Assembly (NCBI GenBank): GCA_963662585.1 | Contig: OY759729.1 | Span: 2,304,001 to 2,368,000, forward strand | Source: Candidatus Cloacimonadales bacterium | GTDB taxonomy: Bacteria; Cloacimonadota; Cloacimonadia; Cloacimonadales; JAFGVF01 | DNA: 64,000 nucleotides | Direction of reading: 5' to 3' | Part shown: in pieces, positions 57,825 to 64,000 of the stretch | How positions within the stretch are numbered: the first letter of the stretch is position 1 | Layout: every line of letters begins with the position of its first letter | Translations under genes and position numbers: made by a program | The notes under the pieces: model-generated | Seen by the model: the letters and a program-made list of their open reading frames with translations, nothing else | What the model was told of the DNA's origin: nothing | The model's database searches: none

Positions 57825-58629
57825 ACTTCCTAATGATAATTCAAAAGAAATAGAACTTATTGAAGCCTTAATTGATATTATTTCAAAATACAAATCAAAC
57901 TCGTTACTAGTTGGGGCTATGGCTAGAGATATTGTTCTTACAGAAGTATATCATTATTCTGGAGCTCAAAGGAAAACAATTGATTATGATCTTGCAGTTA
58001 TTGTTGAATCTTGGGAACACTATCATAACATACTGACTGCGATAGAAGAGATTGGATTTCAAAGAGAAAAGAATACTCAGAGGTTATATTCTTCTGATTT
58101 TATAATTGATGTCATTCCAATTGGTAAAGTAGAAGTTGATTCCACAATAAGCTGGCCACCTGATTTTGATATAGTTATGAATGTTATTGGTTTTCACGAA
58201 GTATATGAATCAGCCTTAATTTTTTCACTAGAAAATGGGAAGCAATTTAAAATAGCATCTTTAGCAGGATTGGTTATTCTTAAGCTGATTGCGTGGTCGG
58301 AGAGAAGGATGGATACAAATAAAGATGCCGAAGATCTATTATTTATTCTGAATAATTATAATGATTTTGATTCCTCATATCTGTTCGAGGAAAATAGTGA
58401 CTTACTTACTAGTAAAGGTTATGACTACCAAGTTGCTGGAGCTGTTGTTCTAGCTCGTCATGTGCTCAAAGTTCTAAATTCAAATGTTAAGTTACAAGAA
58501 AAGCTCATATCAATCTTAGATGTTAATTTAAAGTCTCTTGAAGAATGCAAACTTCTCAAAAACTCAATAAATAAAAGCAATGATTTTTCTTTACTATATT
58601 CATTTAATCAAGAACTCAAAAAAATCTAA
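57811..58629 (+). CDS. AbiEii/AbiGii-like nucleotidyltransferase toxin
   Basis: LVGAMARD, RKTIDYD, DVIP.G, LKLIAW.ER..KDAED. Confidence 0.8.
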   Translation: MISYKLPNDNSKEIELIEALIDIISKYKSNSLLVGAMARDIVLTEVYHYSGAQRKTIDYDLAVIVESWEHYHNILTAIEEIGFQREKNTQRLYSSDFIIDVIPIGKVEVDSTISWPPDFDIVMNVIGFHEVYESALIFSLENGKQFKIASLAGLVILKLIAWSERRMDTNKDAEDLLFILNNYNDFDSSYLFEENSDLLTSKGYDYQVAGAVVLARHVLKVLNSNVKLQEKLISILDVNLKSLEECKLLKNSINKSNDFSLLYSFNQELKKI

Positions 58630-58709
58630 AGAGCTTTCTCATAACATAAGGCACAAAATATTTTTCAATAAAATAGTTGACGACTCCCATTATTACTTAT
58701 TTTTAAGTT

Positions 58710-61700
58710 ATGGAGGGTAAAATGGATATAAAAATAATTCCTTTTGAAGACAAATATGCGAGATCTTTATCTACTATGTGGAGTGAAAGTAGTGAAGGTT
58801 GGAATGGCTCTGATATGGCTTTTTCAGTTGAATCAATAATTAATGATGAGAAAAAGGCCCATGTGAACACAAATCTTGCAGTAGTCGGTGACAGGGTAGT
58901 GGGATATTGCAATTTGAAAGATGATATCATTCCAGGTGCTTATTATATTGGTATGCTCAATGTTATCCCTGCAATGCATGGCCATAAAATAGGTAAGAAG
59001 CTTATTCTTAAAGCTCTAGAAAAAACTATTGAGGATAAAATTGGTCGTCTTGATCTATATACCTGGAGTGGAAATACTTTAGCTGTCCCTTTGTATAAAA
59101 AGACAGGTTTCTTATGGAGAGATAATCCCAATGGCGTGCATCTTGTTAACTTTATTCCTTTTTTGCTTACTCATGATTTTTTTAAACCTTATTTTACTAA
59201 AATAGACTGGTATAAAGATAGAGTTGATGAAATAATCGTTAAACCTGATGGTAGAGAAATAAATAACTTATATGTTTATGAATATAATTGGCAGAATAAA
59301 GATGAGAAATTAACAGTCGTTTTTGAAGATAATGGTAAGTCTATTTGTGGTTTTGAGTGTAATGATTTTTCTCTATCTTTATCGATTGATAATATGAAGC
59401 TTCCTATAGGAAAAGATCATCTTGCTAAAGTAACAATTACTTCCAAGAAAGATAAGGATATTTCTGTTAAAATTACTGGCATCTCCAATGATTATGTTAA
59501 TCTAACAAGCGAGACCTCTTTCACTTTAAGAGGATCACAAGAGATAGAACTACCATTTTCTCTAAATGCTATTGATGATAAATACAGCAAACTTGCAAGC
59601 AAGCCTGCTGTTGGCTGTAATGTTGAAATTGATGGGAAACTTTTGCCTTTAGGGCTAGGTATTGAACCAACATACCCTCTACAATTACAGTTTGAACAAA
59701 TCGGAGCTTTACTCTTGAAAGGCTCCGAAAGAGAAATTCTTCTTTTCTGCCAAAACAATTTACAGGAAGACATAGAAGTTGAGTTAGATTTTTCCAATAT
59801 TGCAGTAGTTTACCCAGATAAATTAGTGTTAAAGATAAAAAAAGGGGATCAGGTTAAGACTACTCTGGCCATTATTGCTAATGAAACTTGTGCTGGAGAG
59901 ATTAAAATACCTTTAATATTTAAAGGGAGTGGAAAAGAAACAGAAGTTCCTCTTGATTTCAATATTCAAGTCTTAAATGACCCCAAATTAACTGACTTTA
60001 GAAATTCCATCAACTATGTTAGTAGAGAGAAAACCTTTCATTTGCAGAAAAGCGATAAATTTAAGCATAATATGTATAATAAGGGCATTGTAGTTTCACT
60101 GTCGAATCCTTTAATCGGGAAAGAATATATTAATGAATTTTCTGAAAGTGGTCCTATGTGCACTGAAGTAGTTTCAGGAGAAAATACTCTGAGGGAAGAG
60201 TTTGCCAGTAAGATTTATCCAGGACTTGTCTTTATCAGAAGAAGCTATTTCTTGAATAGTGAAAGTAAAGTCGTGTGGTCTGCTCGTAATGATGGTGAGA
60301 TAGATTATCAGGAAGTAGAGTTTTCTCAAGGAATTGCAGGCTATCCTTTTTATCAGCACTGCTATAAAGAGGGTATTTATACTCATAGCGAAAGCCAATA
60401 TGCTGATTTAAAAGCTGAAAATTTAACAGAACCATGGATATTGCTGAAAAGACTATATCACACTATTCTAGTTAAATTTACAGGACAAGATAATATTCAA
60501 ACTATTGGTTGGGAATGGAATCTTAAGAAGAAAATTAATAATCTTAAGGCCAATTCTGAAGTTGAATTATTATCTATTGATTATTACTTTAATCTATTCT
60601 TTGATTATAAGAGTGTTAGAAAATTCTTCTACAATAAAACTAACACGCTAGCAGAAATTAATGTCTTCAATCTAGAGAATAAAAGAGGCAATCCCCTTTA
60701 TAATATTGAAAGAGATAAGGAATTAGATTTTACTATTGAATCTAATGAAATTGAAAATGGATATGTTACTTGTAATGGAAGCAAAATTAATGTTTCTTCT
60801 AATGATAAAATTGGAACTATCAAAGCTATAGAAAAAGTTGGCTTAAATAAACACATAATAGATTTATACATTAATAATACTCACTTTCAAGAAGTTAAAT
60901 ATTTTCTTGGCTATCGTACAGGAGAACTAGCACATTCAGAAAAAGATGGTATCTTAACAGTAGATAATTCCACGCTAAAGTTTAAGTCTCATATTAGTAA
61001 GCATCCAGGGATATTTTCCTTAGAATATCAAGGAAAAGAAGTACTTGATATTTCCTATCCTGAACCACAAGCTCGCGCTTGGTTTAATCCCTGGTATGGT
61101 GGTATCTCTTATGCCGATTCATTTAATGGTCAGGGCAGGTTGATGGAACAAACTTCTACTCAAGAATATGTTGAAATAAGTGATAATTTTAATAATCAAT
61201 GGCAAGGAATTAAAATATCTACAAGCTATAATAAAAAAGATGATTGGAAAGATGGTTTCGTTCTTAATCAGTATTACTTAACTCTTCCCAATATCCCTCT
61301 TTTAGTATCTTTTGCTAAAATTGGCTTAGCAGATAAGTTTCTTACAAGTAATAACTATTTTGCTTTTTCCTTCAATACAGGTCTTGGGGATTTAACAGAC
61401 TATACAACAGAAGTTCTTATTGCTGATAAGTATTATAAGAGACATGATTGTGGCTTAAAATTAAATCAGTTCGAAGCAAGAGTTATTAAGATTTCTAAAA
61501 AAGATGACTTCTCTTTTATCTCTTTTTCTGCTGATAATAATTCTGAAACCAATGCTTTTGCCTCCGATTCTATTATATCTATAGATAAATATAATCATTT
61601 AAATAGAAGAAATACTCTGGATAATCATCTAATCTTTCCAAATCAATTCTTTATATTTACTGATGATTTTCCTAAGTATGAAGAGTTGAGTAAGATTAAT

Positions 61701-61721
61701 CAGATTAAGTTTTTTGAATAA
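58710..61721 (+). CDS. Large protein with N-terminal GNAT domain and beta-rich C-terminal region
   Basis: LNVIPAMHGHKIGKKL, LDLYTWSGNTLAVPLYKKTGF; WFNPWYGG. Confidence 0.78.
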   Translation: MEGKMDIKIIPFEDKYARSLSTMWSESSEGWNGSDMAFSVESIINDEKKAHVNTNLAVVGDRVVGYCNLKDDIIPGAYYIGMLNVIPAMHGHKIGKKLILKALEKTIEDKIGRLDLYTWSGNTLAVPLYKKTGFLWRDNPNGVHLVNFIPFLLTHDFFKPYFTKIDWYKDRVDEIIVKPDGREINNLYVYEYNWQNKDEKLTVVFEDNGKSICGFECNDFSLSLSIDNMKLPIGKDHLAKVTITSKKDKDISVKITGISNDYVNLTSETSFTLRGSQEIELPFSLNAIDDKYSKLASKPAVGCNVEIDGKLLPLGLGIEPTYPLQLQFEQIGALLLKGSEREILLFCQNNLQEDIEVELDFSNIAVVYPDKLVLKIKKGDQVKTTLAIIANETCAGEIKIPLIFKGSGKETEVPLDFNIQVLNDPKLTDFRNSINYVSREKTFHLQKSDKFKHNMYNKGIVVSLSNPLIGKEYINEFSESGPMCTEVVSGENTLREEFASKIYPGLVFIRRSYFLNSESKVVWSARNDGEIDYQEVEFSQGIAGYPFYQHCYKEGIYTHSESQYADLKAENLTEPWILLKRLYHTILVKFTGQDNIQTIGWEWNLKKKINNLKANSEVELLSIDYYFNLFFDYKSVRKFFYNKTNTLAEINVFNLENKRGNPLYNIERDKELDFTIESNEIENGYVTCNGSKINVSSNDKIGTIKAIEKVGLNKHIIDLYINNTHFQEVKYFLGYRTGELAHSEKDGILTVDNSTLKFKSHISKHPGIFSLEYQGKEVLDISYPEPQARAWFNPWYGGISYADSFNGQGRLMEQTSTQEYVEISDNFNNQWQGIKISTSYNKKDDWKDGFVLNQYYLTLPNIPLLVSFAKIGLADKFLTSNNYFAFSFNTGLGDLTDYTTEVLIADKYYKRHDCGLKLNQFEARVIKISKKDDFSFISFSADNNSETNAFASDSIISIDKYNHLNRRNTLDNHLIFPNQFFIFTDDFPKYEELSKINQIKFFE

Positions 61722-61731
61722 TTAATATAAT

Positions 61732-61755
61732 GTAGGGGCGAATAAACATTCGCCC
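61732..61755 (+). repeat. GTAG-type REP palindrome
   Basis: GTAG-GGGCGAAT-AAAC-ATTCGCCC just after a stop codon. Confidence 0.75.
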
Positions 61756-61782
61756 TGAATTTTTTATTAAAAAGGAGTTCTC

Positions 61783-62073
61783 ATGAATATAGTCTTTTTC
61801 TTGATAAGTATCTTCTCAAATTTTATCTTTACAAAGCCGATTTGGGTGATTTCAAATTTGGCAATAACTCTTTTGTTTATTTCTTCACCTTTCCTAATTA
61901 AAGGCTACACTTACTCTGAAAATGTAAAATACTATTTATTAGCACAAGTTTCTTGCTTGTTAACATATCATTTTAGCAATTCTGTATATCAGGGAATACC
62001 TTTAGGCTTTTTAAAAATGCTTGCTTTCGTTATTGCTTTTTCATTTTTGATTAAGCTTGCTTTTAATAAGTAG
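61783..62073 (+). CDS. Hypothetical small membrane protein
   Basis: AAGGAG RBS; hydrophobic 96 aa. Confidence 0.55.
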   Translation: MNIVFFLISIFSNFIFTKPIWVISNLAITLLFISSPFLIKGYTYSENVKYYLLAQVSCLLTYHFSNSVYQGIPLGFLKMLAFVIAFSFLIKLAFNK

Positions 62074-62118
62074 TAAAGAACTTATATGGAAAATAATAAA
62101 TTATAAAGGGAGAATTTT

Positions 62119-62568
62119 ATGCTACTAGAACAAACTGGAGAGATTAGTTCATTCAGTCATATTTCCTTAAATGTTTCAGATTTAGAAACATCTTTATCTT
62201 TCTATTTGAAGACTTTATCTCCCTTAGGATTTAAAGTTGCAGATAAAGAAGATGGAGAGTATGCACGCTTGACTAATGGCATGAACTTTGTAATAGTACT
62301 GTGTCCTACAGACAAGAAATATCTTGATTATAAATACCATAGAAAGGCAATAGGACTTTCCCATTTTGCTATTTCTGTTTCCTCTAAACAATGTGTCGAT
62401 GACATGGAAAAACATCTGCTATCGCTCAATATCAAAACTTTGGGTGAGGGAAAGATTGAATTAGGTTACCGCCGTGGTTATTATTGCCTTCTCTTTGAAT
62501 GTCCAGATAGAATCATGATTGAAATAGTATGCCATGACCCTTTCTATTTCTCTTACGACAATGAATAA
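62119..62568 (+). CDS. VOC/glyoxalase family protein
   Basis: SHISLNVSDLETSLSFY, GLSHFA, YYCLLFECPDRIMIE. Confidence 0.88.
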   Translation: MLLEQTGEISSFSHISLNVSDLETSLSFYLKTLSPLGFKVADKEDGEYARLTNGMNFVIVLCPTDKKYLDYKYHRKAIGLSHFAISVSSKQCVDDMEKHLLSLNIKTLGEGKIELGYRRGYYCLLFECPDRIMIEIVCHDPFYFSYDNE

Positions 62569-62630
62569 TAACTAAGATATAAGCATATAACACAAAAAAC
62601 CACACTTCAAGAAAATGAAAAGGAGCGATA

Positions 62631-62945
62631 ATGAAAAGTTCAAGGTCAAATATAATGATAACACTAGGAGAAAGAAAGTACTTTTATGATTCCCAAGAGG
62701 AAGTATTAAATGTATATACTCAATCAGGAAAGCTTATCAATCAACTAAATGTAACAAAAGAAGCTTGGGAAATTGATCCAGAAGAATGGGATAAGCTAAT
62801 AGAATCAATCCAAGAAAAACGCCAGCTTAATGAAAAAGAACTTAGCGAGTTAGCAGAAGCACTGCACAAGGCAACCGATTGGAAAGAAGCAAGACAAATA
62901 AAGAGAGAAGAAGAAAGAAGAGAAAGAGAAAAACAAGAGACTTAG
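62631..62945 (+). CDS. Hypothetical protein with charged C-terminal coil
   Basis: AAGGAG RBS; 104-aa ORF. Confidence 0.6.
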   Translation: MKSSRSNIMITLGERKYFYDSQEEVLNVYTQSGKLINQLNVTKEAWEIDPEEWDKLIESIQEKRQLNEKELSELAEALHKATDWKEARQIKREEERREREKQET

Positions 62946-63128
62946 AAAAAGATTGTAAAGTAAGCCACTTATTCAAGTTTGGTGGTAGAAATTTGGTATT
63001 TTTTATATATTATTTATATTCAAAGTTTTTTGAGGTATGCTTATTTTTCCCTTGACAGTTATACTTTTATAACATAATAATGACATTGTTCTTATTTAAT
63101 TTAATTTAACTTAAACAAAGAAGGTATT

Positions 63129-64000
63129 ATGAAAAAAAGTATTATTATTTTTACTATTGTCTTTTCCTTTGTAAGTTTATTTTCATATCCTGTATCCTCC
63201 TCCCAAAAACAAAATAGAGAAAACCCTCCAACTTCCGCAAACATCAAATATCCAGGAATTAATGCAAATCAAGTTACTGAGTCACCCGCTTTTGCTTGGC
63301 AGGCAGCTAGTGGTAATCTTTCAGGATATAAATTCTATTTAGGTAGTGATGGTCAAGGAGTGGAAAGTCCTACTAATTTAGTGAATGGAGCAGATTTAGG
63401 AAATGTCTTAAACTACTATCCTGATCTAGTATTAGAATTAAATCAGACTTACTATTGGCAGGTAATTCCTTATCATGTTACCAATGGTGATGCTGAGAAT
63501 TGCCCTATTTGGGTATTTCAGACTAAGGCTGAGGCTTCTTTGCCTAATCCATATAGAAACTATTTCAATGACATAAGTGGATTTACAGGCAATATCACAA
63601 TGTCAAATAATGGTGGAACTCAAGATTCTGGAGGTGGTCTTTCAAGTGGTTTATCTGGTAATTTTCAGACAATCAATGCTATTGGACCAAACTCTTCCAC
63701 TGATCAGTTAGTCTTTTATTATAGATTAAGTGAATTTCAGTTGGGTGATAGTGCCTCTCAAGATCCAAGTTTCCTAAGAACTTACATTTCTTATGATAAT
63801 ATCAATTTTCAAGAAATCAATTCATTGTCTTGTTATGATGAAAACTTAAATAACCAATATAATAAAATAACTATTGACTTAACTGATTATCCTGGAACTT
63901 TCTATGTGAAATTTACTTATAACATATATCACTTCTATTATTCTTTCTTCGGAACTAGTAACGATCCGAGATTATATCTAGACAACTTATTTATTAGGGA
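63129..64000 (+). CDS. Secreted protein with Ig/Fn3-like domain, N-terminal part; runs off the window end
   Basis: Not in the ORF track. Reads MKKSIIIFTIVFSFVSLFS...FAWQAASGNLSGYKFYLG...LELNQTYYWQVIPY...CPIWVFQT. Confidence 0.75.
   Translation, partial: MKKSIIIFTIVFSFVSLFSYPVSSSQKQNRENPPTSANIKYPGINANQVTESPAFAWQAASGNLSGYKFYLGSDGQGVESPTNLVNGADLGNVLNYYPDLVLELNQTYYWQVIPYHVTNGDAENCPIWVFQTKAEASLPNPYRNYFNDISGFTGNITMSNNGGTQDSGGGLSSGLSGNFQTINAIGPNSSTDQLVFYYRLSEFQLGDSASQDPSFLRTYISYDNINFQEINSLSCYDENLNNQYNKITIDLTDYPGTFYVKFTYNIYHFYYSFFGTSNDPRLYLDNLFIR

Noticed and set aside
1047..62415. Numerous short ORFs antisense or out-of-frame within long genes
   Set aside because: Shadow ORFs of well-supported CDSs with no independent evidence.

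Overview
AT-rich bacterial chromosomal segment. Secreted proteins ending in the 'NYPNPFNPET...IYNIKGQ.VKTL...SG.Y' FlgD-Ig/T9SS-like C-terminal domain suggest Ca. Cloacimonadota or another FCB-group lineage (inference). Positions 1-19 kb and 51-64 kb are mostly housekeeping: a GH57/GT4/amylo-alpha-1,6-glucosidase trio, acyl-CoA ligase, htpG with a CIRCE-like site, a fluoride riboswitch with a cation:proton antiporter, U32 protein, RluA, a giant DUF445 protein and an AbiE-like toxin-antitoxin pair. The centre is accessory. A tRNA(CAT) is followed by a 2111-nt class C-like group II intron inserted just after its terminator, and a near-identical copy follows the fadL-like gene terminator 24.2 kb downstream. 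Between them is a ~20 kb island with no recombinase gene. It is cut into four cargo modules by four direct copies of a ~315-bp non-coding element rich in TGAGAYNNCG decamers, whose last 25 bp are the inverted complement of a single 'left end' beside the tRNA terminator. This is the best candidate for an undescribed cassette/accretion system. Further right, a two-gene module (LPP20-like plus PEGA-repeat/FGE-sulfatase protein with a DGR-like variable C-terminus) is bracketed by ~90-bp inverted repeats. Several small intergenic repeat families (REP-like, heptamer, long palindrome) are also present.
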